Of a stretch of DNA of 64,000 nt, positions 12,229 through 24,000 are shown piece after piece. Origin of the DNA: Rhizaria sp. SCN 62-66. Lineage: Eukaryota. The notes below the pieces were generated by a model that was given only the letters and a program-made list of their open reading frames with translations, had not been told where the DNA came from and did not search any database. The position numbers and the translations under genes are program-made. The DNA is taken from positions 1-64,000 of the forward strand of contig MEDY01000060.1 of assembly GCA_001724265.1 (NCBI GenBank). Reading direction: 5' to 3'. Position 1 is the stretch's first letter. Every line of letters begins with the position of its first letter.

Positions 12229-13764
12229 TCACCAAATCTCGAGCTGCGCGTCGGGCTGTCCGAAGCGCGCCTTATTCCGGTCAAACAGCGCGACGAGCGT
12301 CTGCGTGTACCGCCCGTGCCACAGCCGCACATCCTCAAGCGTTGGCTGCGCAATACGCGGCAGCCGCAGCGGGGCGCCGAAGACGGTGTGCATGCCGTGC
12401 GTGCTGTGCGGCAGCAGTCCCGGGGCGCCCCAGGGGAGGACACCGGGAATCTGCCAGCGGTTGAGCCAGAGTCGCAGTCGCAGCAGGCCTGGCACGTTTG
12501 CGTAGTTGCGCTCCTCGCCGAACGTGTAGACTGGCAGCAGCGCGTACCCGTGGCGCAACGCGAACTTGACGAACCCGCGGCGGCGCTTGAGCCACACGCG
12601 GTGTCGTCCGCGCGCGTAGATAGTCGCCTCTTCGAACCCGCCTGGAAGCAGCGCGACGTCGCGGCCGCGGCGCATGAGCCCGGCCACCGTGGCCGCGTCG
12701 GCCGGCGCGTAGCCGCACCAGCGGAGGATGAAGCAGAAGGGCGCGAGGCGGTGCAGAAAGGAGGAGATGAGGAACGTCACGCGCGGGTTCGCTGCATGTA
12801 ACTGCGGACTAGCAACGCCGCCGAGCCAGAAACTCATTGGAAAGATTCCGTGCGGGTGGAAGGCGAGCATCACCGGCGGACTTCCTGTCGCTGCAGACCC
12901 AGACTGCGACTGCGCGCGAGAAATAGCGTCAGACAGTGGAGCGGATAGATTGGCGTTGGCGGCGGCAAACTTGGCTGCTGAGAGCGGGGCGGGCGGGGAC
13001 TGGAGGCCTGGAGGATCAATGTCGTCGCTCTCGCTGGCGCACTCGTCATAGTACGGAAGCGGGGAACCCATTTCCTCCGATGGCGACGGCGACGGCAGCT
13101 GCTACAAGTCAAAGTACGACAACGGTGGCGGCAGAGCGGGCTGTTTGGGCCAAGACGCAGCCTCCTCGCACTGCAGCTTCAGTGGCACCAGCTTCAAATC
13201 GTCTCCAATCTCTGCCTTGGCCTCAGCCTCTGTGTTGGCGTTGGCCTCGGCCTTCGCTACTGGAGCATGCTGTTGTTCTGCGCACGCTTCGGCCTTAACT
13301 GCGGCGGCGCTATCAGCGCTAGATTCGGCCTGCGTTGCGGCGTCCGCGTCGAAGGGCTCGTGACGAATAGCGCGCAGGGCGCCCTCTTCAAAGGTGACTG
13401 AAGTGCCGTGCGGCTGGTAGAACTCGTGGGGACGCGTGGCGCTGCCCAGGAGCCAGATGGCGAATGGCCAGGGCTTGATTTCAACCAGGAGCGCGTAGAT
13501 TTGCGGCAGCAGCAAGCACGTTGCGGCGACGATGTAGCCGCGGTAAAGCAGAAACGCAATCAAAAATGGGCAGATGGAGCTGAATACCCACACCGTGATC
13601 AGAAGTCCGATCGCAACCTTCGATAGCAGGTGCTGGGCGGGCGGGAACGGTCCGCTCGTGCTCACGTGCAGATAGTCCGACTTTGGGTCAAGGGACTTAT
13701 TGGCCGCTGCGGGGGCCCTCGTCGCAGAAACAGCATCGGAATTGCAGAGCATAGCCGATGCCAT
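12229..13764 (-). CDS. DGAT2: DGAT2/MOGAT-family acyltransferase (511 codons) with an in-frame TAG at 13104-13102
   Basis: Motifs FHPHGIF, LLPGGFEEA, RRGFVKFALRHG, LPVYTFGE and VFGAPL lie in ORF 12229..13071. The N-terminal transmembrane segment lies in ORF 13102..13764, in the same frame. TGA stop. Confidence 0.88.
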
Positions 13765-14106
13765 GCGTTAAGTACGGGAAATGCAGTTTTATCGTTCGTA
13801 GAGGCAATACAGAGTGATGCTGCGATCAGTTTCTTCCCCCCTTCGTCGCGTCTCGTGCAGCCCAAGAGGGGTGAGTGCGGTCGGAAGATCTTCAGATAGC
13901 TGGACTACCATGGGCATTCCGTCTATTGATCAAAGAGTGTGATATGCGATGGCAACGATTTATATTCCGTTCGATTTTTAAATTAATTCTCGACAACATT
14001 TGTTCTACCTTGCTCTTTTGGCTTCTTTTAGACTCGCTTTCAGGCTCCCCTTCCTGACAGCGCCACCGATTGCAGTCCAGGTTCAGTGGCGACTGTCATC
14101 TTGCCA

Positions 14107-17100
14107 ATGGACGAGTGGCTCCTTCTGAACGCGCGTTTGGGGCAGCTTCTCTATGTCCACCACCACTCCCAGCCGCTGCAGGACTGGAGTCCCGCGTCTC
14201 TGTCGTCTCCCGCGGCGTCATTCCCGGCCTCCGATGCTGTCACACCGGAGGTAACGCAGCTCGCACGCCGTGCGTTCGCGTTCTTCAAGGCCAGCGAGAA
14301 CGACATCCACTACACGACGGACGCCTCCAACCCTTGGTGCCAGTTTGCGGCGCAGCTCAACGACGTTGCGTCGCGCATCATCGCGTCAGTGGACCGTCCC
14401 GGCGAGTCCATGCGCGTGGCGCATCTCGCCTCGTTGAATATGATCGCTGTGATGACCGTGCGCAACCCACTCGCGCGCGGAATCACCGCCGACGTCATGG
14501 ACTGGCTTTGTCTCTCGTATACAGTCGCGTTACTGCCGCCACACGTTCAAGCGTCCGTGTTCGATGTCGCCGGCGCCGCCTCAGGTCTCGCTGCTTCTGG
14601 CCTGGCCGGCGCGGCTACAGGGCTCGCTAGCGGCGTTAACGGCGGTGGTAACGGCGGCGGCAATGGCGGCAGTGGTAGTAGCGGTGGTGGCGGCGGCGGC
14701 GCGATCCCGCAACGGCTTGTCCCGCTGCCGCGCTGGCCCCTGCTGGAGCTGTCGTACTCTCCGTCCCTCGTCTCCGGCGGCCCGGTGCGCTCGGCGTCGC
14801 AGCCCGCCGTCGGGTCGTCGTCCCCGCTAACCGCTGCGGCCGCCACCGTGGGGCTGTCGCCCGTGATGCTGCGCTGGATGAGGCTGTTGGTCTCGCCCGC
14901 CACCTTGTTCGTCGCCGTTGACGCACTAGAGCGATACGCGGTCTGGGAGTACATCCACAGCGCGTCGCTGGCGCTGCCCGCCGCCGCAGTCTCCGCGGTG
15001 CCCACCCCGCGCTTGCCGCCGCCCCCGCTGTCGGCGGGCCCCGTCTCCATGGCCGCAGCAGCAGCAGCGCTTGGACAGACCGCGTACGACGACGACGCGT
15101 CCCCGGGGCCCGACTCCCTCACCGCCACGACCTCACCGGTGGCGACATCACCAGTGACAACATTGCCTGCGGCAGCGTATCCCGGCATTATGCCCACATA
15201 CGCCCACACGCCCACGCCCGCGTCTGCCCAGTCGCCCGCTCCCGCGCCCGCGGTTGCACCTGCGCCTGCGCCTGTGGTTGTGGGCGTTCCGGCTTTCGCG
15301 CCCGCGCCGTCGCCGCTGCGTCTGCCGCGCCCGCTGCCTTTACCACCGTGGTATCTGCTCGTTTCCCCCAGCGGCGCGCGGCGGCTGGCCGTTTTTGACG
15401 TCGGCGCCCGCACATTGGCCTCTGTCACAGGCGCGCTCGAGGGGCACGAGCCCTCTGGGCCCTCTGGCCACGGGCTCGCGGGCCAGGCGTTATCCAAGCA
15501 CGGACTCTGCTTCACAGGCGGGCCCGCGGCAACGGCACTGAACCCAGCGCCTGTGTCGGTGCAAACCTTCCACGGGACCGCCGCGACGGCGTTCTCGTGC
15601 TCTAGCGCGCACTGCTACAAGCGCTGGCGACCCAACGCCGCTGCTGTGGCCGCCGCGGCCGCCGCGGGGGGCGCCGGGGCCGCGGTGGCCGCGACCGGCG
15701 GCGTCTACGACAGCGGCCCCCCCTCTGCCGCTCCGGTGACGAACAACAACGCTGCGGCGCACGCGGCGAGCGCGGCGGCGAGCGCGGCGTTGCAGTTCCC
15801 GCCCGTGCCGTGTGCGTGTGCGTGTCTGGCGATGAGCAAGCTTGCCGCCGCCGCGCTCGCAATGGCTGAGCTTGACGTCGATCGTGCGCTCGCGCTAGAA
15901 CATACCACGGACGCAGACGCGAACAATGCTGACGCCGGCGGGGATTACGCTGACGCCAGTAGCGCCGCGGTGGCAGACGCTGAGTCGGGCGGAGGCGTAC
16001 GCGTGGGCACCGCGGCCTTGGGGGCTCGCTCGTCGAAGCAGCAGCAACAGCAGCGGGCCTCTGCAGCATCAGCAAGGTCCCCTGCGGCGGCGGCATCCTC
16101 TGCGATGCGCGGCGGGGAAGCGCCTCAGCGTGCGACTTTCTCGCTCGGCCCCTGGCTTGTGGCGACTGCGCCCATCTCCCCCGCCGACCCGGCTGTGCCG
16201 CGCGACGGCCGCGCCTCGCCTGCGTTTGTGGTGCTCTACCCTGTCCCGCGGCGGCCCGCGGGCGACGCCACCGCGGAGGCCGCCGCAGCGGTTGAGGCTG
16301 CCGTCGCAGCCTCGGACGCCTTCCGTGCCGCGCTTGACACAGGAGGCTACGGCCTTGACGCCGGACACGGCCACCACGGCCACCACGGCGGCTCTGGCTC
16401 GAGCAGCTCCAGCTCGGGCTCCAGCCCCGGCCGCAGCACTGGCGCTGGCGCTGCCGGTGCCGGTGCGGGCGCGGGTCCTGCGGCGACGGTTGCGACTGGC
16501 AGCTCTGACCGGAGCTCTGACCGCGTCTCAGACCGTGTTTCGGACCGCGTTTCTGATCGAAGCGCACGTAGCTCCCCGCTCGCGAGCGCGGCGGCGAGCG
16601 CGGCGGCGAGCGCGGGCAATAGTCCGCTGTGCAGCCCCGTCGCACTGGCGGTGCCTTCACAATCACACTCGCACACACACTCGCACAACGCGCACAGTGC
16701 GCACTCGCATACTGCGCAGCATAACTTGCACACGCACACCAACTCGCGGCCTCACTCGCGCGCACACGCCAAGTCCGCGCAGCCCTCGCCAGTGCTTTCG
16801 AGCGGGCGGCGCGCACTGGCCACGGCGACGGCGGCCGCGGTGGCCGCAGACCGGTCGTTCGCGCTGCTCGAACAGGAGGCAGCCGTGCTCGCGTTGAGCC
16901 GCATCGCGGGACGGATCGCGCCATTCTGGGCCTGGGCCGCCGCGCAGCCTTCGGCGCAGTCGCTCGTCACTGGCACCGGCGCGATGGGCGCTATGGGCGC
17001 AATGGGAGCGATGGGGGCCATGGGGGCGGCGGGACCGCTCGGAGTGCTGGGCGGCGGGGCGCTCGGTGGCGCGGGCGCGATGGGCGACACGGGGGCGCCA

Positions 17101-17154
17101 GCCAGTGCGCTGGGCCATGACAATGCACCCTTCGACCCGTTCCGCGTGACGTAA
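14107..17154 (+). CDS. Uncharacterised low-complexity protein of about 1,000 aa. The start is uncertain (possible first exon 13817-13870, GTGAGT donor, acceptor at 14031). The 3' end may also be spliced
   Basis: 3-kb GC-rich ORF with codon usage like its neighbours. Globular-looking N-terminal part followed by Ala/Pro/Ser/His/Gly tracts. No family recognised. Confidence 0.6.
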   Translation: MDEWLLLNARLGQLLYVHHHSQPLQDWSPASLSSPAASFPASDAVTPEVTQLARRAFAFFKASENDIHYTTDASNPWCQFAAQLNDVASRIIASVDRPGESMRVAHLASLNMIAVMTVRNPLARGITADVMDWLCLSYTVALLPPHVQASVFDVAGAASGLAASGLAGAATGLASGVNGGGNGGGNGGSGSSGGGGGGAIPQRLVPLPRWPLLELSYSPSLVSGGPVRSASQPAVGSSSPLTAAAATVGLSPVMLRWMRLLVSPATLFVAVDALERYAVWEYIHSASLALPAAAVSAVPTPRLPPPPLSAGPVSMAAAAAALGQTAYDDDASPGPDSLTATTSPVATSPVTTLPAAAYPGIMPTYAHTPTPASAQSPAPAPAVAPAPAPVVVGVPAFAPAPSPLRLPRPLPLPPWYLLVSPSGARRLAVFDVGARTLASVTGALEGHEPSGPSGHGLAGQALSKHGLCFTGGPAATALNPAPVSVQTFHGTAATAFSCSSAHCYKRWRPNAAAVAAAAAAGGAGAAVAATGGVYDSGPPSAAPVTNNNAAAHAASAAASAALQFPPVPCACACLAMSKLAAAALAMAELDVDRALALEHTTDADANNADAGGDYADASSAAVADAESGGGVRVGTAALGARSSKQQQQQRASAASARSPAAAASSAMRGGEAPQRATFSLGPWLVATAPISPADPAVPRDGRASPAFVVLYPVPRRPAGDATAEAAAAVEAAVAASDAFRAALDTGGYGLDAGHGHHGHHGGSGSSSSSSGSSPGRSTGAGAAGAGAGAGPAATVATGSSDRSSDRVSDRVSDRVSDRSARSSPLASAAASAAASAGNSPLCSPVALAVPSQSHSHTHSHNAHSAHSHTAQHNLHTHTNSRPHSRAHAKSAQPSPVLSSGRRALATATAAAVAADRSFALLEQEAAVLALSRIAGRIAPFWAWAAAQPSAQSLVTGTGAMGAMGAMGAMGAMGAAGPLGVLGGGALGGAGAMGDTGAPASALGHDNAPFDPFRVT
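16983..17027 (+). repeat. Five imperfect 9-bp tandem units encoding (MGA)5
   Basis: atgggcgct atgggcgca atgggagcg atgggggcc atgggggcg. Confidence 0.8.
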
Positions 17155-18587
17155 GGAACGCGTGACTAAATGCGTACCTCTAGGCTACCTTAACGCGTCC
17201 TTAGACCAATTCCGAGTGACATAACCTGTGATGGAGCGCTTGACGTAACGCGTGCCTTATGTGTGTCCCTTATTGCGTCCGTGCGCCGAGTACATACTGG
17301 CTCTTGTTTGGCCACTGGCCGTCATTGTTTATTAGACTTGTTGTAGATAATAATATGTTGTGTTGCTTTTGAACGCGCAGGCCACGGGATAGCTGGCCTG
17401 TGCGACTTTGATTGAAACATACCTTGGCTTGATGCAAGCTGTTTATTCTCTGACTCGACTCTGACTCCCACCCTGTAGATGCTCTGTTGATGCTCTCCCT
17501 CTTTACATGTGTTTGCGCAAACAGGAAACTGGTGCGCTCACATGTTGTTCCCCATTTTTTCAGTCAGTTCACGTCATTCTTGTGTTGAACTGTTTTTTTA
17601 TTTTTGTACTGTACTATATTTCTGCTGTGTTCCCTTTTTTTTGTTGTTGGTGATATTTCTTTGTGTGTGTTTGTGTTTGTGATGCAATAAGTCTTGATTG
17701 ATCATCGCGACTTGATTTTTTTCCTCTGCATGCCGTGCGCGCGCAATTTTGATGTGACTAAAACGCATGAGGATTCCTATTCCGGGTTTCTCATAAGATG
17801 TTACATTAATTATTGAATTATTCCTTGCCCCTTATTGATGAGTCTCAATATATGGAGGGTAAGCAAATGACGTGTGATTGTATTTTTTTACATCTGTACG
17901 TACTGCTCTTTGGTCGATCACACACCGTTGCGAGCGACACTGGGATTATGTCCCCGAAGTTTGCTATGTTCTGTGATTGACCCCTGTGATTCGTTGTTAT
18001 ATTTGAATTTCTATCGTGTTTCCTGTTCGATTTCAGTGTTGTTCTCTGTATTTATTGTGCCTGTTGTTTTTTGAGTTCCGCGCTTTTTTTCCTGTGTGGA
18101 GGTCCGTCCTAAATTGATTCGTGCTTGCAACAATAAAACGATGTTAAGCTAATGATTATTTTATCAAGAAGGATACGCGGCGTATAATTCCCTTGTTTCG
18201 TTCTCAAACTATTAGACTGCATTCATGGTTTCTCGCGCATATGCTGACTGAGTGAGTGACAATTAAGATGCCATCGAGAACGAGAGACGTACGTACTTGA
18301 TTTGTAACCTTATGTAAACTGTGTATTGAAGGAAGTTCAGTGCCACCGTAGCACACGAGCACGCAGAGTCAACACCACTGTAGTTGTGGCGCAGTCCTGT
18401 GCGCACGCGGTCACGGCAACGTGGCAACGACGGGCCCGCATAAGCATAATAGTGAGATCCGGACGTCAAACACATCACATAAGTAGACGTAGCAAGTACT
18501 CAAGTGAACTCAAGCACTGATTACAAGGAGACTTCCACACAGTCACGGCGTCGTCGGTATTACTGCTTCGTCGCCTGTTCAGCGCGT

Positions 18588-20555
18588 TCACGTATGTCCG
18601 CCCTTCCACTTCTCCAGCGCGGCGGGCTGCGAGAAGACGAGGAGGCGAACCAACGCGGGGTACGCTGAAGCAAGCCAATGCCCCCAGAGGAAAAGCGCCG
18701 AAATCAAGATGAAGATCTTAAGCACGAACATGATGAAATAGTCTCCGTGGAGAAAGATGAACGTGAGCTGCATGAGCACTGTGGGCAGGAGCAGCCGCAG
18801 CGGGGACGTGACCTCGCGCACAGCCCACGACAGCACGCCGGGGGGCAGACCACCGGGGGGCTCGAGCAGCGCGCAGAGAGCGAGCACCGCAGCGGGGGCA
18901 GAGGACCGCGGGTCCAGCGCGGTGGCCACGGGCGCGGCGGGGGCCTCGGGGGCGCGCAGGGCCGTGGGGCCGACGAGCGGGGTGAGCAGCAGCAGCGCGG
19001 CGATACGGAAGAAGAGCAGGTGAACCGCGACGAGCAGGCAGATGTACATAGGCCATGCTTCGTAGTAGAGGACGTTCGCGGGCATCATAGCATACGCGGC
19101 GAAACCGGCCGCGAGCGTGAGCGCGTAGCCCAGCGGGTAGCCGACAACGTTCCAGCCGGCCGAGGCGCCCGCGCGCACAATCGCGAGCACAGCGCGGAGC
19201 CACAGCGCACCGGGGGCAGACCCGGCTACCCCGGCCGCGCCCGCCGCGCCCGCGGAGGTGGCCTCGGGGACGTCGAGTGAGCCGTGCAGCAGCGCAAACA
19301 GCGCGTCCAGCGGGCGTTGCGCGAGGAAAACCAGCGCGAGCACCAAGCACGAGTACGATATTAGGAAGGGCGCGGAGGACTCGGGCACCAGAATGGCCTT
19401 CCAGTAGGCCCAGACCCAGTGGACGTTAAAGTAGATTCCGGGCAGCCAGTACCACGGCTTGAAGCGCGGCCACGAGAGCGAGTGCGCGGGCACGTCAAAC
19501 ACGGAGCTGGACGGCATGGACGCAAACTCCTTGACGCGCGCGAGTGACCAGTCGTACTTTTCGATCCAAAACAGCGGGTTAAGCGCGTAACCGGAGGCTA
19601 GACGCATGCGGGGCACGTCTTGCTGCCCCGCGGAAGGCACAAACGCCGGCGCAGCCTCCATGGACCAGAAGTGCGTAAGCAGGAAGTCTTCCCACGCGCG
19701 CTGGCACTCGGCGTCGTCGGTCGCGGCTGCGGCGGCGCGGGCGATGGGCGAGGTGGCGTCGGCGGCGGCTTCGAGGAGAGAGCGGTGCATCGCAGCGTCG
19801 GGCTTAATTACGAGCAGTGCGGCGGCGTACCACTGTAAGTTCATGTAGACCATGCAGAAGCGGCCACAGAGGAAAAGCTCGTCCATGTTGAGCTGCACCA
19901 CGTGGTCTGCGTCGAGCCACACGACGCGGTCAAAGCGGTCGTGCAGTGCGTACATGTGCAGCGGAGCAAAGTCCTGCTTGCAAACGCCGAGCGTCGTGGC
20001 GGCTGAGTTGATCACCTCGGGGGCCGTCATGCCGAGCGGGTATGGCGCGGGCGCGCTCAGGGGAGACGGCGCGGCCGAGGACGAGTGCGCGGGGCGAGCG
20101 CCGTCGACGGCCGGGGATGGCATGTCGATGACGGTGGCACCGTGAGAGCGGAAGACGTCGACGGTAGACTGGCGCACGTTGGCGCCGACCATGACGATAA
20201 TCTGGCGCTTGGAGCCGGTGTGCTTGAGGGACTCGATGGCAACGCGGATGCCTGTGACGCGCTGGTCGTCGTCCCAACGCCCCTCGACAAAGGTGAAGGC
20301 GTAGGCGGTGCGACTTTCCTCGTACGCGCCGTCCCACTTGACGTTGAACACGGTGGACTTGTTCGCAGGACCCAGGCTGGCCAGCGCAGAGCTCCGCACG
20401 GGGGTCACAGAGCGCCAGGCGGTGAAGAGGTACACCAACAGGACGAAAATAGGTACGACAACTGACAGAAAGGCCAGCGGACGGATGGGAGAGACGACAT
20501 TGCGCCGACGCAGAGACGTTCCCGCAATGCGAGAATCGTTATCGGCGTTCAGCAT
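18588..20555 (-). CDS. GT8 glycosyltransferase with C-terminal transmembrane helices, similar to plant PGSIP6(IPUT1)/PGSIP7/PGSIP8
   Basis: N-terminal membrane anchor. DRVVWLDADH (DxD motif), DELFLCGRFC, RLASGY and KPWYW, then several hydrophobic helices. First ATG at 20555. Confidence 0.8.
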   Translation of the reverse strand: MLNADNDSRIAGTSLRRRNVVSPIRPLAFLSVVVPIFVLLVYLFTAWRSVTPVRSSALASLGPANKSTVFNVKWDGAYEESRTAYAFTFVEGRWDDDQRVTGIRVAIESLKHTGSKRQIIVMVGANVRQSTVDVFRSHGATVIDMPSPAVDGARPAHSSSAAPSPLSAPAPYPLGMTAPEVINSAATTLGVCKQDFAPLHMYALHDRFDRVVWLDADHVVQLNMDELFLCGRFCMVYMNLQWYAAALLVIKPDAAMHRSLLEAAADATSPIARAAAAATDDAECQRAWEDFLLTHFWSMEAAPAFVPSAGQQDVPRMRLASGYALNPLFWIEKYDWSLARVKEFASMPSSSVFDVPAHSLSWPRFKPWYWLPGIYFNVHWVWAYWKAILVPESSAPFLISYSCLVLALVFLAQRPLDALFALLHGSLDVPEATSAGAAGAAGVAGSAPGALWLRAVLAIVRAGASAGWNVVGYPLGYALTLAAGFAAYAMMPANVLYYEAWPMYICLLVAVHLLFFRIAALLLLTPLVGPTALRAPEAPAAPVATALDPRSSAPAAVLALCALLEPPGGLPPGVLSWAVREVTSPLRLLLPTVLMQLTFIFLHGDYFIMFVLKIFILISALFLWGHWLASAYPALVRLLVFSQPAALEKWKGGHT

Positions 20556-21003
20556 AGTGACACCCAATGTATGCTAGGACGATTAAAAAAGCCGTTATAC
20601 GGAGTTTGGCGACAGCTTTCAGGCCTCTTAATCTCATCGTCTTGTTTGCGCCACGGGGCAGTCGGCCGCAGCTACGGTGGCGGTTGGAAATTTGTGGTGG
20701 ACCGAAAAAGCCACATTGGCCAGTCTTCGAATAGATCTAGCGAGACATAGTGTCAGTGAAGTAGTGTTGTTATTAACAATAACTGCAGTTGAAGACGCAT
20801 TTTACTTGTCATTTGTATTCTTTTAGTTATCATCGATCAGAATTCTGTCTATCAATGCCTCAAAATGCTATCGCTCACACCCTGCTCATTCTTACGTCAC
20901 CCGACCCCTTTGCCGCACGCGCTTTCACTTTGCGTGCTTTAGGAAGACACTAAACTACGTTTTACACATCGGCCACGTTTGTCGGTACTAAGATTCGGCC
21001 ACT

Positions 21004-24000
21004 ATGGTCAAGTTCGGCGCTTATCTCCAGGCGGAGATGATTGCTGAGTGGAGGGTACGACAGCAGGCGATGGTCTGATTACGAACGCCCACGCGTATCA
21101 CTCGCCACCTCCCGATCTCACGTGTCTGCACTTTGATTTTACTCATTCACCCTTTTGTAGGAGAAGTACATAGACTATAAACGTCTAACCAAGCTTTTAC
21201 GGGCCCTCGTCCCGACCTCTACCACCAGGAATCAGGTACGTTCAGCGCAACTTCGCGATCCGTTGCCTTTCGAGTGGTGCTCCTTTCATCGGCCCGACTC
21301 ACAGCTCCCATCTTCGTCTTTATTTTTGCTCGCTCGCCATTTTCTGCTGTAACAGGAGTCCGCTGCTCGCGCATACATGCTTCTTTGCATCCAGGACACA
21401 AACCGCATCGGACACCCACACCGTAACGCGGGCCCGCAAACACCCGCAATCGGCCCCCCGGCGCCCGGCGGCGGCGCGGCGGCCCGCGCGGGCGCGCGCT
21501 CGCACACAAAGGAGCGCGGCGGCGGCGCCCGGGTGCGCGCATTGTCGGCCGACAATGCTGGCCCGCGGCCTGACAAACGGTCCCGGCGGCCGCAGCCGCG
21601 TGACGTGGCGACAGTCACGGCGCAAGATACCACGCGGCTGGGGCTCAAATCGAGCAACCAGCGCGCCGCGCAGGCCGCTGCACAGGAGGCGTTGACGAAG
21701 CCCGCCACGGGCGGCGTGCTGAGTCCCGAGCAACAGAAGAAAGCGAACAAGAAGGCCAAGAAACAGGCCAAGAAGGAGGAGAAGCGTGCCAATCGTGCGA
21801 ACCGTGCCGCCGCCGCGACGGCCGCCGCTGTGGCCGCAGCCTCAACCCTGGCGGGCATGTCCGACGACGAGGACGACGAGAATGCGAACAGGGACGACGA
21901 CGACGACGATGACGAAGACGACGACGACGACGACGACATCGGCCGCGCTGAACTCGGTGGCCAGGATGACAGCGACTTTGACGCCCAGGCCCGTCTCAAC
22001 GCTGCCGGCGACTCGGACTCTTCCGGCTTTGGCTCTGATTCAGACGACGACGCGGCCGCCGTGCGCGACGCCGCCCCTCCGCGCGGACGCGACCATCAGC
22101 CCGCAACGCGCGGCCCCGCGCTGGGACGCGTGCGGTCTGACTCGCGCTCGCGCTCGCACCCCAGTGATTCACCAGGGTCCGAGGTTGACGGGGACGCCGC
22201 CGCCGCCGCGCGGGGACAGGCCCGCCGCGGCCGCGCTTCCGCCGCCGCCACCGAGAGCTCGGTGGGCGCCGCGGCAGCGAAGAAGACGTCTGCGACGCCT
22301 GCGCGCCGGCAGGCCACGACCCCCGCAAAGGGCCGCTCACGTCGCTCTTCAAACGCTTCGGACGCGCCCGACGGCAGCCCCGCCCTGGCGAGCCCCCACA
22401 AGGCCGGTGCGGCGGCAGCTTTTGCGACAGTTGGCACTGGTAGGATCGTCTCACCCGAGCGCGCGAAGGCTGCGACTGTTGCGCGCCCCGAGCGTCCCCC
22501 CGCCGCCGCCGCTGCAACGGCCTCGGCGTCCTCGGCTGCGACGCCCACCATGAGCAGCAAGACCGCGGCCGCAACGTCCGGTGAGGCGGGCGCCGCGCGC
22601 GGCCACCAGTCGCGGCGGCGCTTGGCCGACCAGCTGGGCGACACCGCGACCTCGGCCGCTTTGGCCGCAAGCGGATCGCCCCCCGCCGCGATGTCAGGGC
22701 TTGTGCCGCGGCGCACCGCGGGCAGCGCGGCGCCGCCGCCGCTAGAGCGGTTTGTGTCGATGACGTCGCTCTACGACGTGTCGGCGAACTATAGAGACGC
22801 CGCTGAAGGCACCAGCGCCGCGGAGCCGCCTTCGGGATCAGCAGACAAGCCTGCTAAAGGCAAGGACGCTGCCGCTGCCCCGGACGCGGACGCGGACGCG
22901 GACGCGGACGCCGACGCCAGTGCGGGCGCGGACGTCGCCGCTCTGTCCCCGCGCGGCGCGGCGCTGCCGCCGACAGTTGCGCTGGGCGCAGGCCGCCGGC
23001 GCGCGACGGGCGCCAACAACGAGGCGGCGCCAGCCCAGGAGCGAGCGCACTCGATCGCGCTCGCGGATCTGCGCCGCGTGGGCAGCACGTCGTCGATCCA
23101 CGCCGACGAAGAAGCCGCTGCGGTCTTCCGCTCTGCCGCTGCCTCGGCGGCCGCCGCGGCGGCGCTGCGCGAGAGTGGGTCCGTTGTCCCGCCGCCGGTC
23201 AAACCCATCCATATCCACCACGCGCAGCCTGTGCACGAGAGCGCGACGGGCTTCGGTGAGATCGCATTGCAGATGCCGTCGCCGCCCGACGCGCGGCTGC
23301 CACTGGTGTCGTCGCGCACGAAGCTCGTCGCCGCGCCGCTGCTGCCGCACACCCAGCCACAGGCGCCGCCGCCGCTGGTGTTCCCCGCGGGCCACCACGG
23401 GGGCGTGGTGGCCGGCGCATCGGGCATGGCCACTGTGCACGGGATGCCCCCGCCTGGCTCGCTTTCGACGGCGTCGAGCTCCTCGCTCAGCGGCCTCTGG
23501 GCCAGTCCCGCCGCCACGCCCGCGCATACCACCGGTGCTGGCGCAGGCGCGGGCGGTGCTGGCACAGGCACTGGCGCAGGTGCAGGCGCGGGCGCGGGCG
23601 TAGGTACACATGGTCACGGGTACCCGCACCACATGCCTGCGAGCGCGGTTCTGGGCGTGACGCCCGCGGCGCACCCGGGCGCTGGCGCGGCGGCGGGGCG
23701 CGCTCTAGCCGAGGCGCACCATGCGCTCTCCTTGTGGGATATGGACGCACTGGACGCCTCCGCCGTTGCCTCGGCCGCCGCGGCGGTGGACACGCGTGTT
23801 GATGCCGCCGCAGAGTCGTCGCCGTCCTCCACGACGGATGAGGCCGACGACGGCACTGCGGCCGACGCAGTTACGGCCGGTGTGCCGCCCCCGCTGCAGC
23901 TGGCGCGGCGCTCCTCGGTCGCGCTCGCTCTGAATGAGGCCATGTCGCCCGAGTCGCCGCTTGAGACCCCGCGCGAGCACGCGTTGTTGTCACCCACCTC

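Noticed and set aside
13102-13120. Micro-intron explanation for the DGAT2 TAG (gtcgtactttgacttgtag, 19 nt, or gtactttgacttgtag, 16 nt)
   Set aside because: Neither length is a multiple of 3, so both would shift the frame. All other introns here are at least 100 nt.
16495-16620. Short tandem repeats (SDRV-type 12-mers, gcgagcgcggcg) as a CRISPR array or mobile element
   Set aside because: They are in-frame coding microrepeats with no spacers, cas genes or terminal repeats.
17155-18587. 1.4-kb AT-rich spacer as a possible ncRNA or suppressor tRNA locus
   Set aside because: I could not see a cloverleaf, A/B boxes or a convincing ORF. It is consistent with convergent 3' UTRs. A tRNAscan-SE or Infernal run would settle it.
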